A stretch of DNA of 41,537 nucleotides from Microthyrium microscopicum (GCA_010405405.1 MU004235.1:1995539-2037075); one strand, 5' to 3'. Numbered from the stretch's first letter, positions 9,013 through 21,655 are shown. Numbers and translations are program-made. Notes: generated by a model not told the origin, from the letters alone.

Positions 9013-9669
9013 CTACATTCTATCGACCTTCTTTCCAGCCTTGGCTTTTCGTCCCTTTTCGACAACCTGCCACTCTCCTCGCTTGACTTCCTCTTCATAC
9101 TTCCATTTCGCCTCACGCTCCATTCGCTCCGCTCGCATCCGTGCTTCTTCGCGCTTCTGCTCCTCCTCATGTTTCTGTTCCTCAGCCCGCTTGTTCGCCG
9201 CCCTCAAGTACGGACACAACAAGCTGCACACGCTCACCTGGCATAGCGGGCAGTCTCTAGGCCATGGTGTTTCGGACTCTTTCGGCTTTTCCTCTTCTAT
9301 CTTCTCCTGGTCTAGTGAAAGTTAGCATCGCTTTGGTCTGATATAGGAGAAAATACGTACAGTTTTTCGTGGAGCGAAAAGGGAAAAAATACATGAGCAA
9401 ACGATCAGAGTAGGCACCAAACGAGGCAGTCGACATTTCTGAACAATTGACATGGCGGTTCGCCTGACGCCCTATCGACTTGTTAGTTAGACTGCCGATT
9501 TGTACTGGGTTGAACGGCCTTTACAGTTGACAACGCCCTGAAGCTGCAGTTGTCTGATTGCTGCCAATGCATTCCTTCGATTTGACACCCACAAGTCGGT
9601 CGCGGCCAGACGTCGTGCTTTGCGCTGCACCTCCTCAAGGCTTTTGCGCCCTTTGCGACTTTTTGGCAT
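9013..9669 (-). CDS. WPRxCPLC-motif small protein A9 (3 exons: 9669-9525, 9471-9361, 9311-9013)
   Basis: Phase-1 introns GTAAAG...CTAAC...TAG and GTACGT...CTAAC...TAG. Product MPKSRKGRKSLEEVQRKARRL...WRQANRHVNCSEM...ETPWPRDCPLCQVSVCSLLCPYLRAANKRAEEQKHEEE...*. Confidence 0.85.
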
Positions 9670-10129
9670 GTTCGCAAGTGTTGTATGTAGTTTGCTTGAT
9701 AAGAGTATTGAATGGTAGGCTTGAAGACTGTCTCGCCTGCAGATGGAGAGGAGGTAGTGAAGTTGAAGTTGTGGAGGACCAGCAGAGGTCGAGTATGAGC
9801 AACTAGTACTCGAGACAAGTGAACACTTCTCGCTGTCTGAGATCGAGCAACTGCTTGTTTTGGCACCAGGATATGATTGCCTGAGGGCCGAAGTCTTGAG
9901 CAGGTGAGATAACATTTCGGCTGAAGTATCACCCCCAATGTGGAAATATGAAGAAGCAGACTCGACACCAAGCAAGGCAGGCAAGGCAGGTCCAACCCAC
10001 TCCCAAGAAGAGACGCAATAAACGAAGACAGAAAGACAAAAAGATAGATAACAGAAAGAATGAACAGCTCTATAGATTACATGTACACGAGCATCTAATC
10101 TACTACATTAGTACCTCTAAAGACCAGCA

Positions 10130-12418
10130 TTACCTTGAATCGCAATATCCCGGCGGTTTCGTCGAATGGCCCGTAACCCAGCTCTTCACCGTCAACGACG
10201 TAGTATACACCATGCCCACGATACCAAATATTATTAGCACGATGTCCGCCAGCCTTTGCTGCCAGGTTTTTGAGACAGCTCTATAGTGTAGCATTGGCTA
10301 TGAAAGCATTTAGCAGGAGGAAAAATCATGTAGCGGAGGGGGGGTGGAAAGACTTACGGGATAGATATAGACAAGCGGAATACAAGCAAAGCTGCCCACC
10401 AGCGCCACAAATTTGTCGAGATCATCAGCGCCGATCCACGCTATCAGTGCACATAGCACCACCATGAAGAATCGATATACGTTTTTGATCCATTTCGTCT
10501 TCTGACTCACACGGCCTGATCGTGCGCGCTTGAAGATGAACTTGGACGTAATCTCAATCGCCGGGAAAAATTGCAGCGGCGTGGAAAGCAAGATGGCCAA
10601 CGAGTAGATGAACTGCACCGCATTGACGAACTTATTGTCCTGTGGCATGTTGAGAATGACGACAGTTTTCGTTTTTGATCCAAAGGCTGCGTAGGATAGC
10701 GCGCCCATGCTGGTGAAGATTATGGTGATTATGATCATCACGAAGCCAAGCACCGGTGGGAACTTGCGGGGCTGCGCCATGGATTCTTGGATGGGGATGA
10801 TAAGGCCGATTCCTTCGAAGGTGAAGATGGCGGTGCCAATGAAAAGTGTCCAGTCCTTGGGGTTGAAGAGGGCGATGTCGGAGACTCCGTGGTTTCCGAC
10901 GAGTGTTATAATGTCGTAGTAATACAGATACAAGAGACCAAGGAGGATGAAAACGTCAGCGACGATGGCAATTTTCTGGATGTTTTGGATGTTTCGATAC
11001 AGTGAGAGCGGGAGGAAGATGACCATTTGCATGAGAATGAGGTATGTGATGCTGATCTCTGTCTTGCAGTTCGTGACAGCGAGGATGAATGCTTGTAAGT
11101 TTTCAGAAACGAAGACTATGTAAGCGGAGGAAAAGCCGATTTGGCTTATGACGAGGGAAAAGTTGATGAGTGTACGCATAGGTCTTCCATACAGTTGATA
11201 TCCCATGCCTCCGAACGAAGCTGGAATGGCAATCCTGGTGGATACGAGAAGGAGGAAGCAGTAGTAGCTGAGTGAGGCGACAAAAAGAAGGACTAGACTA
11301 CTGAACAACATGCCGCCGTTGAGAAAGGCCTTGGGGAGGAAGAGAACGCCAGTTCCAACAAAGGATTTGAGAAGGAGGAGGGTAGCTCCCTTAGGACTGG
11401 CACCATGCTTAACTTCTTTTCTCTTCTTACGCCGCTTGCCTGGAGAGCCAAGAAGAGCAGTATCTTCAGTTGGTTCCTCGTCTTCTCTTGGTGTGTCTGA
11501 TGTGAGATAGTCGTCTGTGTCATCAATCTCGTCGTCCAACTCCTCACCGGCAAAGTGACCATAAAGACTAAGAAATTCGAGGAAGCTGGTGGTCAGGATC
11601 TGTGGCTGCTGTGGTTGAGTCGAAGAACTCGACTCGCCAATGCCTGTTCTACTACTAGGTGATGGACTGGGCGCAGTTCTTCGAATATAATTTCTTCGAA
11701 ATCCTCCAGGCTGCTTGATGGAGTTGATATTGAGAGTCTCTTCTTGTGCGGTAGGGCGATCCATGGTGAATGATTTCCGTCTAGTAGAATGTGCTTCAGC
11801 ATCTTGTTGCTCAACAAATCGATATATCGGACGAGTAACATCACCCCCCTGTAGTCTTAGACTAGAAAACTCGTCCTCGTCGAGACCTGGAGCAACGCTT
11901 TCAGTATCAAGTTGTCCAGCTCCGTTTCTACCAGGACTGCTAGATATCGGGCCAGCAAGATGTCTTTTGACGACCTCGAGGTCATCTTTGAGAAAGCTAG
12001 GGTTTCCCGTTGCCGGATCGAATGAACCATGGTGAGCACCAGTCCCGCTGTGGGCCTGCGAAACTGGCGACATTGCCCGGATTGGGGGAGTACCCGCAAA
12101 CCGAGGAGGACTGTTGGCAGAGCCTCTTAAAGCTGCAGCCAAAGCAGATTCACCCCGGCCGACCGATGGAGAAGGTCCCTTGCTCTTATCCGCACCTTCC
12201 AGGGGCGTAGTATGAGATTCGGCGTCATGATCTTGTAATTGTTGTGGGGTGGGTATCTGGCGAACTGGAGGGGTCCCAACGAAGGAGGCAGGTACTGGGG
12301 AGCCAAGACGAGCTATTGAAGCGGCTCGGATATGAGCATGAGAACCAGCGGGAGAAGAGTCTCTACGAAAAGACGTGGATGGGACGGGCTGCGGGGACGA
12401 TTGGCGTGGACTGGACAT
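10130..12418 (-). CDS. AVT3: vacuolar amino acid transporter, AAAP/Aa_trans family (Avt3/Avt4-type); intron 10298-10357
   Basis: Long disordered N-terminus with LQGGDVTRPIY, PGGFRR and FLEFLSLYGHFAGE, then LLKSFVGTGVLFLPKAFLNGG and FTFEGIGLIIPI. The last exon is PMLHYRAV...PPGYCDSR*. Confidence 0.9.
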
Positions 12419-13009
12419 GTTGGAGGGTAGCTAGATGAAAAGAAAGAATGGCAGTGAGGAGAATGAGTGCAGGACGAGTGTAGAAAGACTATGAAGTAGC
12501 ATAGAGAAGTGTCGAGTAGAGATTTCACAGCATCACGAGCAGTGGTTTTGGAGATCAGCTGGGCATCAGTGGCTGGAGGCCGTTCAAGGTACTCTTGTAA
12601 GGGCGAGCGAGTGTTGTGGGGGGGTGAAGGCCTTGTTGCAGAGCTTGCCTACAGTTGTGAGCTTGTGAGCTGCAAAGGATTCTGATCCTGGATCCTGGGA
12701 ATCAACTCCACGTGCGCCACCAATTTTCCATGTGGTGGCCATGCAGCTAACGCCACAACTACCACTTGACTCCTTTTCGAGAATCATACAACTTCGACAT
12801 AAGACAAGTTGGTCTAAGAAATGCAGTTTTTTGAGCAATGCTACTAAAGGCCTGATGAATTCCTTGAAGGGAGAACTTGAACAAAGCAAATACATCTGTG
12901 CCGATGAAAGAGGCCGCAGAGCAGGAATCCCAATACTGTTCTGTTGAACAAGTAGAGCAAGTAGTCATCGAAGTCGCGATTCCAGGCTGAGGGCTGTAAT
13001 TGCGTTTGA

Positions 13010-14144
13010 GAAGTACTAGATAGCATAGCAGACCAGCGCTATCATGCATACCTCAGTGCCGCAAGATCAACCTCCGATGCCCTTGTTGCGTACATCAACG
13101 TCCATGGAAAAGTTGCTACCCAAACTCTTCCATTTCGAACAAATACTAACATAATCAGTAGCTCAGCAGGCACTGCTACATTAGATCACCCCAGCGATCT
13201 TCGATCAACTGCGAATACATCCACTGTAAAGGACATCTCCGCCCAAACAATTAGCCCAGGCACTCCAAACAATCTAGCAGACTTTCAGCCAACGCCAGGC
13301 TCTCACGATAAAAGTGCCATCCTTGAGGATCAACAAAAAGCTATCTACAAAGAATGTACCAGTACTGCCCACGACGATAAATGGAACATCCGCCGCTTTG
13401 AGCAATTATCCTTCATCAGCCTATACAACACGCATCTCGAAATCATGACCCTCGAGGCCGAAATTGATGACACAAAAGGAGTCATGCCACAAAAGACTCA
13501 AGAACGATTACGGAATCTGTTGCAAAGTTATAGCGAAGCAGTACGAAACATTGAGTACATGACAAAATTTCCCACCCTGCGATTCGATCTAGCATTCAAT
13601 CGAAGCAACACTCTATTCCCCTGTGTGCAGCCGAAGATGGCCGACAGCTTTGACTACTGCAACTTTCGTCCTGCATCGTTGGCCGTTGATCAGGTACGGA
13701 GCTTTCTCCAAAAGATTTTGCCGCAGAAGCTCGTACTTGGCGATGCGTCGTTATTTTATAAATTGTATAAGCGCAGAGCTAATGGTAACTACTCTTTCTC
13801 CCTCTCTCTGTTGAACCTTGTTGTCGCCAAATACTGAATCAGCTGACCGAATTACTTCAGAGGTACCAAGGCCGAAACAGCTATCGCCAATAGTTGATGG
13901 GTTCGCACGAATCATTGTGGCCATAACAGGAGGAGTATTTCTGCTTGTTCCAATGATTATCATGACTTGGGTGACGAATGCTCATATTCGATTGATAATT
14001 GTGTCAGTGGCAGTATTGTGGTTTGCAATCTCGATTGCGGTGACTAGCAAGGCGACAAATCAAGAGCTAATGGGGGCAACCGCTGCGTATACTGCCGTCT
14101 TGGTCGTGTATATAGGCACTACGAGCAGCTCCACAGGCAATTGA
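13010..14144 (+). CDS. DUF6594-like fungal membrane protein (5' end uncertain; intron 13785-13842)
   Basis: Frame is open from ~13010 with RRFEQLS...LRNLLQSYSEAV. The C-terminal 3-TM block FLLVPMIIM...ATNQELMGATAAYTAVLVVYIG matches my recollection of DUF6594 proteins. Confidence 0.7.
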
Positions 14145-15324
14145 GACACTGTCCCTCCTATCCTATCATATATTCATGAATGTACTGAGTCGAGCTCAGA
14201 GCCAATGAAGTAGCCCAATATTTCTCTTGGAAACCATTGTTTATTAGCCCGTGAAGAAAGAACTTATTCTGCTTATTATATGTTGACGCTATTATTATTA
14301 CGAGTCTGGAGAAAGAAAAGATGAATGCTATTTGTTGCATGTTATAATACCCTTCAGCGATTATTCATTGATAGGTATATACATTAAGTTGTTATTTTCT
14401 TAATATCTACTAACATTTAGGTACCAAAATAAGGGTGGCAATTGACGGTTATTTATCTGATGTCTAATCTCGAACGAGTCAGATAGTCCTAACCCGATGC
14501 GTAATTAAGAGACAACTCCCGCTCAAGTCTAACGAATAAATTTGTGGCAATGACAACCTCCAGGTTCGAGCCCCGTTTGCATCGTAAAATCAGTCGACTG
14601 ATTTTCATAACCACACATCTTAGAGCATGGCTCAGATGTGTGGTGAACTTTTTGTAATTTTTCCTATGCTGGGAATGGATTCTTTGTGGTGGTTTTGGAG
14701 AATTATGGCACTGAGTGAAACGTTGATGTGCATTGCGAGCTTATTCTTTTCCATTCAGAGACGTAGTTGATATGCTTTTAATTGTAGAGAATATCAAAAT
14801 GATATTAAAATGTACCATCGGAGTTGGCCGAAATCCGAAGAGCCTCAACTTCCAAGCCATCGATAGAGTAATATCGAAGCAAGGTGCAGTTTTCGCAATG
14901 GTTTCTCTCAAACAATATAATTTCTATAGGCTCATATTTTCCACTTTTGATATTAACATTCACGATCGAGATTCAGGCTTGAAAACCCTCGAAAATATGT
15001 GTCACATGCAAGCATTCCCATGCAAGTAGTAGTTGTAGTTGATGCACTTCATACATGAACGACGTTGGTGGCTGGACAAGCTAACCTCCACGCTTGTTCC
15101 AGGTCTTTTATCATGAGATCACTGCCCTTTCTCACCACCACTTTCCTCTATCATCACTCTCTGAACGCTAGAATCTTGTGCCTCCTCTGCTGCTCCAGAC
15201 GACCTCATTGATTTATGGAGTCGTAGTTAGCAACATCATGCACAGAGGACGGCTCAAGAAATCTAGTCCCACCATCATTGGCCGCAACAAATAATCCCTC
15301 AACCAGCTTCATTCTGAATCCACT

Positions 15325-18300
15325 ATGGCACCAAAGAAAGATGCGGCCTCCAAAAAGGCAAAATTGGGAACTTTTACTGGAGTCTTCATTCCGACCAGCC
15401 TCAATGTTTTCAGCATCCTCATGTTCCTCCGCTTCGGCTTCATCCTCGGCCAAGTAGGAATTCTAGGCTTCTTTGGCATGCTCATCGCCTGTTACTCCAT
15501 CGACTTGCTAACATTCACATCCATTTCAGCCATCGCCACCAATGGAGCAGTCAAAGGAGGAGGAGCCTATTACCTCATCTCTCGCAGTCTTGGACCAGAA
15601 TTTGGCGGGGCAATTGGCGTCATGTTTTACATTGGCACATCGCTCAACTCTGGGATGAACTCTGTTGGTTTGATCAAAGCATTGGTCTACAATTTTGGCC
15701 TGAAAAATGGCAACTGGGTCAATGTGATGCCGGATACTTATTGGTGGTCCTATCTTTGGGCCACATGCGTTCTACTCGTTGCTACTGGAATCTGTATGGC
15801 TGGGAGTTCACTTTTTGCAAGAGCTGGAAATTTGCTCTTTGTTATTATTGTGATCGCCACCTACAGTATTCCACTCTCGGCATTGCTCGTCAAGCCGTTT
15901 GAGAATTCCAAGGCTGGTGTTGTGTATACTGGATTCAAGTATGAGACGTTCAAGTCAAACCTTTATCCCGCCTTTACTTCAGGAGCAGATGGAAGTAATA
16001 TCGAGGGCAAGGAGAATTGGCAAAGCCTCTTCGGTGTGCTATTTCCTGCAACAGCTGGTATCTTTGCTGGTGCAAGTATGTCCGGCGATTTGAAGAATCC
16101 TGGAAAATCAATCCCTCGGGGGACAATTGGGGGAATGGTTCTTACGTTCTTTACTTACATCCTTTTGATTACATGTATGGGATCGACAATCAAGCGAGAA
16201 AGTTTCTACCATGATTCAAATATTGTTCAAGATGTAAGTCACAGCCAGCCAGCTCTACACTGATGCATCCACTAATTGAGTAGACGAACATTGCTGGGAT
16301 CGTAATTCTTGTGGGCGAATTGTCAGTTACATTTTTCGGGGCACTACTTGGAGTAATCGGGTCGGCAAAAATGCTGCAGGCTTTGGCAAGAGACAGCCTT
16401 CTTCCTGGACTCGGGATATTTGGCCGTGGAAGCAAAAGAAACGACGAGCCGCACTACGCTATTCTGCTCACATATCTCATTGCCCAATGTGCAATGCTTC
16501 TGGATCTCAACCAAATCGCTGGACTGGTAGCCATGTCGATCTTGCTCACATTTGTTGTCACGAATCTGGCGTGTTTTCTTCTCAAGATTGGCTCCGCTCC
16601 CAACTTCCGCCCTTCCTTTCGTTACTTCAGCTGGCCAACTGCTGCTTTAGGAGCCTTGATCAGCGCAGCGGTCATGGTGTTTGTTGATGGTACCTATGCG
16701 CTTGCAGCACTTATTGCCATGACTGTACTTTTCACCATCATACATTATGCGAGTCCGCCAAAAGCATGGGGCGATGTCAGCCAGAGCTTGATATACCATC
16801 AAGTACGAAAATACTTGCTACGACTTCGACAAGATCATGTCAAGTTTTGGAGACCTAGTATTCTCCTGTTGATCAACGATCCACGAAGCTCTTTCAAACT
16901 AGTCCAGTTTTGTAATTCGTTAAAGAAAGGAGCACTCTTCATACTCGGACATGTCATTGTCAACGACGATTTCCGCTCAGCCACATCAGAAACAAAGAAA
17001 CAATTGGCTTCATGGAACAAGTATATCGACTTTTCTCAGATCAAGGCCTTTACCAATATTACTGTCAGCCCAAAGATCGAATGGGGTATTCGCAATTTGG
17101 TTCTCACTGCTGGCTTAGGTGGTATGCGGCCCAATATAGTAATCATGAGTTTCTTTAACCTTGAAGAATTACGAAAGCAACAACCGCTGATTCAAGTCCC
17201 AAGTCCTCAACCGTCACGACCAGTCAGTCGTCGCAATTCCAGTCAAAAGATGACTACCATGTGGAACAACAAGATGAAGAAAGGCGCACTTCCTACTGAT
17301 GCTGACCGAAGAGAAGGATCTATTAGCCCTCAAAGCTATGTCACCTTACTAGAAGATCTGCTTCATGGTGTTCACATCAACGTCGCCATCACCAAAGGAT
17401 TCGAGAAGCTCAATCTTCCAGATCCTGCACCGGGGTTTGGACAGAAACTCGGTTCATGGTTTCGACCATTCAAGCCAAAACAGGATGATGCCGATTTAAC
17501 ATACATCGATCTCTGGCCCATACAAATGTCCTCATTCACCCAGATAGAATCCGAAGACGGTAAAGAAAAGAAGAGCATCCTGACGTCAAACTTTGACACT
17601 TATACCCTCATTTTGCAACTTGGCTCCATTCTCGAATCCGTTGAAGCCTGGGGCCTCGCCTACAAACTTCGCGTCTCCGTCTTTGTCGAATACGAAACTG
17701 AAATCGAGGAAGAGCGCAAACGCGTGCACTCACTCCTCGACAATCTACGCATCCATGCCACTGTCCGCGTCTTCCACCTCGCTGCTGGTAATCTCGCCAC
17801 ATACGAAGCCATAGTTAACGGACATATACACGAGCCCGAATACGCATCCACTATGACGGTGATCAACGACGTCCTCGCCGATGAAGCCTGGTGGGCCGAC
17901 GTCCAAGAAGCCCGCGCCAACGACATCCCCAGCGCAAACCTCCGTGATCTCGTCGACCTCGACAGCGCGTCCTTGGGCACCCCAGACTGGCGCCGTATGC
18001 CTCTCCCAAAAAACGTCGAGCCCAGCCAGATCAGCGTAGGTCGTCTACGCAAACTTATGGCTCGCATGAAGAAGGGTGTTGGCCATCTCGACCGCTTCCA
18101 TCCAGCAATGCGCGTCAAGCTCTCCCATCTCGACCAGCAACTAATCGACCACTATGCGCCCTCCTCGGTTGCCTCTGACATGTCCTCTGACGACTCTGAT
18201 GCCGAAGACACCGCATCCTCAATCCACGTATCGTCCAGCCAGGCATCTTCTAGCACGCACCAACCCGACGTACCCCAATCTCGCCGTGGCGATGTCCACG

Positions 18301-19058
18301 CCGTCGAGTCCTTCCTCTCACACCCTCGCCGCACCGCAACATTCTCACGCGCCCCATCATCCAGCAATCTATCCCGCCCAATCGCCATCTCCTCGTCCCC
18401 CTACACCTCCAACCTAACCTACATGCCCCCCGAATCCCCGCGCGGCCGCGGTTTCTCCCGCTCATCCGCAACAACACCACGGATAGGCAGCCCAAGTTCC
18501 ACCGGCACATCACCCTACCGCCGCTCCTTCGCAATGCGCACATCCAGTCTCCCAAAATTCACATCAAGCGTCGTGCCACCCACAAAAATCAACACTGACG
18601 ATGATGACACCCCCGGCGCCGGACCATCAATCTCCTTCGCTGACCTCTCCGAGACCGCCGCCGCCGACGAAGATACCATACAGCCCAGCGAACTCACCGC
18701 CCTTCTCTCACCCAGCACACCACCTCCGCCCCCAATCCTCCCGTCACAGGCAGCGCATACTGTGCCCTCCCAGTCAGAGCCAACGCAAGCGACTGGATTT
18801 CCATTCACAGCCAGTCAACCCCTGTCCTTCAACGATTTACCCGCACGCGCACAGAATCTAATTCTCAACGAACTACTGGCCTCCAACTCCCATGATGCGT
18901 CGGTAGTATTCACGACACTACCCTCGCCAGCAGACGGGACGGGCGCGAAAGAAGAGGAGAGTGTGAGATATCTAGGTGATTTGGAGGTTCTGTGTCAGGG
19001 ATTGCCGCCTGTGGTGCTGGTGCATTGTAAGAGCGTTACTGTGACAGTTAGCCTGTAG
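15325..19058 (+). CDS. VHC1: SLC12 cation-chloride cotransporter (Vhc1-like); intron 16234-16283
   Basis: KLGTFTGVFIPTSLNVFSILMFLRFG, FPATAGIFAGASMSGDLKNP, SAPNFRPSF, HVKFWRP and GLGGMRPN motifs. GTAAGT...TAG joins the two ORFs in frame. Confidence 0.92.
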
Positions 19059-19400
19059 CGGAAGCAGGCGAGGATATATAGGGAAGTGAAAGAAGAAGGT
19101 GACTTGGTCGCAGCACGGGCTATGGGCGGAGAGAACTAAAGAAAAGCAGAGGCGGTTAAAAAGAATAATTTCTAGCATATAAGTACATAACCATGCCAAA
19201 CGCCATCCACAACATACATACACAGCGACTCAAACAGTCAGTCTGAACAGGTTCATGTAAGACAGCCCTGACAATGTAGGTGTCCCCACACCACAGAGAA
19301 CATTCAATAAAACTAAACAAATCAAATTTCTCTGAATCTTTTATAACCTAGTAATCGCCCTTGATGACTCCAATGAACCAAAAAGCCACGAGGACATAAT

Positions 19401-21655
19401 TTACAACTCATCGTGCTCTGAAGAAGGCTCATCATCACCGTAGTCAGGCATTCCACCGGCTCCGCCAGACGAGCCATACATCTTTGAAGTGATGGGTGTG
19501 ACGATCTCAGTGAGCTTTTCCTTTTGTTCTTCGAATTCCTCGGTGGTGGCGGTGGCGGAGTTGGAGTCGAACCACGAGGTGGTTTCCTTGATGGCGTCGA
19601 GAAGCTATTAAACAAGTTAGTAAACATTCGGGGTTCAAGTGGTGGAAGGTGAAGCTTACCTCAGTCTTCTCATCCTCGGAGATCTTTCCACCCATACCCT
19701 CCTTATCGTTGACCTGGTTCTTGATGCTATAAACATAGTTTTCAAGACCATTACGAGCCTCAATACGCTCGCGAACAACCTTGTCTTCCTCAGCAAAACG
19801 CTCAGCCTCTTCGACCATACGCTCAATTTCCTCAGTGCTCAAACGGCCCTTGTCGTTGGTGATGGTGATGGACTCTTCCTTGCCCGTACCCTTGTCAGCA
19901 GCGCTAACACGGAGGATACCATTGGCATCGAGCTCGAAAGTGACCTCAATCTGAGGTACACCACGTGGTGCAGGAGGAATAGAAGAAAGCTCGAATTTGC
20001 CCAAGTTGTTGTTGTCCTTGGTCAAAGAACGTTCACCTTCAAAGACCTGGATAAGAACGACGGGTTGGTTATCGGCGGCGGTAGAGAAGATCTGGCTCTT
20101 TTTGGTGGGGATAGTAGTACCACGCTTAATGAGGGTGGTCATGACACCACCGGTGGTCTCGATACCAAGAGTCAATGGGTTGACGTCCATGAGAACAAGG
20201 GATTGCGCATCATCTTCACCGGCCAAGATACCACCTTGAACGGCAGCACCGAAAGCAACAGCTTCATCAGGATTGACATCCTTACGAGCCTTCTTTCCGA
20301 AAAACTCTTCAAGCATGGCTTGAACCTTGGGGATACGAGTGGAACCACCAACGAGGACAATGTCATCGATATCAGACTTCTTGAGCTTGGCGTCCTTGAG
20401 AACTTGTTCGACAGGCTTGAGGGTCTTCTTGAAAAGATCGTTGTTGAGTTCTTCAAACTTGGCGCGGGAAAGAGTCTCGGACATGTCAATACCCTCGTGA
20501 AGGCTCTCGATTTCAATGCGAGTAGACATCTGAGAAGACAGAGTACGCTTGGCCTTTTCGGCCTCACGCTTTAGCTTACTCATAGCCTTGATGTTCTTTC
20601 GGACATCAGTATCGTGAGCCTTGTTGAACTTCTTGACAAGGTAGTTGATGACACGGTTATCAAAATCTTCACCACCGAGATGGGTATCACCAGCGGTAGA
20701 CAAGACCTCAAAGACACCAGAGTCGACAGTAAGAGCGGAAACATCGAAAGTACCACCACCGAGATCGTAGACAATGATTTGACGCTCAGACTCGGATTGC
20801 TTGTCCAAGCCATAGGCAAGGGCAGCGGCAGTAGGTTCGTTGACAACACGGAGAACGTTGAGACCGGCGATAGTACCAGCATCCTTGGTCGCGGCACGTT
20901 GGTTATCGTTGAAGTAGGCGGGAACAGTAACGACTGCGTTGGTAACCTTTTGTCCAAGATAAGACTCGGCAACCTCCTTCATCTTTGAAAGAACCATGGC
21001 GGAGATTTCCTCGGGAGAAAATGTCTTTTCAGCTCCAGAAACATCGACCTTGACACGTGGCTGACCGTCCTTGTTGACAATCTTGAATGGGAAGTGCTTG
21101 ATATCATTTTGAACATCCTTGTCTTGGAACTTTCGGCCAATAAGACGTTTCTAGCAGTGTATTAGCAATGCGCTCAACAAATGATGGTTGTGGGGAACAT
21201 ACAATATCGAAAATGGTTCCCTCTGGGTTTGCGGAAGCTTGATTCTTGGCGGCATCACCGACAAGGCGTTCTTCATCTGTAAATGCGACCCATGATGGCG
21301 TTATCCGGTTACCCTGATCGTTGACAAGGATTTCGACTGTCGATGAATTAGATCTGCACAAATGCTTAGAGATTGATGCGCTTACCTTTTCCGTTCTTCA
21401 TAACACCAACGCAAGAATATGTGGTACCCAAATCTATACCGATGACTAGAGCCGATGAATTAGCACATGCAATCTCATCAAAGGCATGCGGAATAGCTTA
21501 CCTGGACCGGTAACCTTATCAGAGAGAGGTTGTTGGTCTTCGGCGCGGGCGCCTTGTGTGAGGAGTAGAGGACATAGGAGGACGAGTGTGTAGAAGAAGA
21601 TGGTGGACCAGGCAAAGCTCTTTGAGCCGCCGCTTCTCCGTGACCGAGCGGCCAT
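19401..21655 (-). CDS. KAR2: ER Hsp70 chaperone BiP (exons 21655-21502, 21445-21386, 21336-21203, 21150-19660, 19604-19401)
   Basis: Signal peptide, [39 protein letters not shown], and a C-terminal HDEL* retention signal. Confidence 0.97.

Noticed and set aside
7113..9325. Plus-strand ORFs sharing YGHSK/YGHNK, and the hydrophobic ORF at 3423-3689
   Set aside because: Reverse-complement shadows of the LLCPYL motif and the K/E-rich tails.
1810..9669. Array as a CRISPR, RiPP/KEP precursor or transposon-derived repeat
   Set aside because: Similarity is at protein level with synonymous divergence. No signal peptides, Kex2-flanked core repeats, TIRs, LTRs or tailoring enzymes were seen.
14340..14555. 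Possible solo LTR (TGTTAT...ATGACA)
   Set aside because: No matching target-site duplication and no second copy in the window.
19639..20988. Long plus-strand ORFs (311 aa and 124 aa) opposite BiP
   Set aside because: Antisense shadow frames are a well-known by-product of Hsp70 codon bias.
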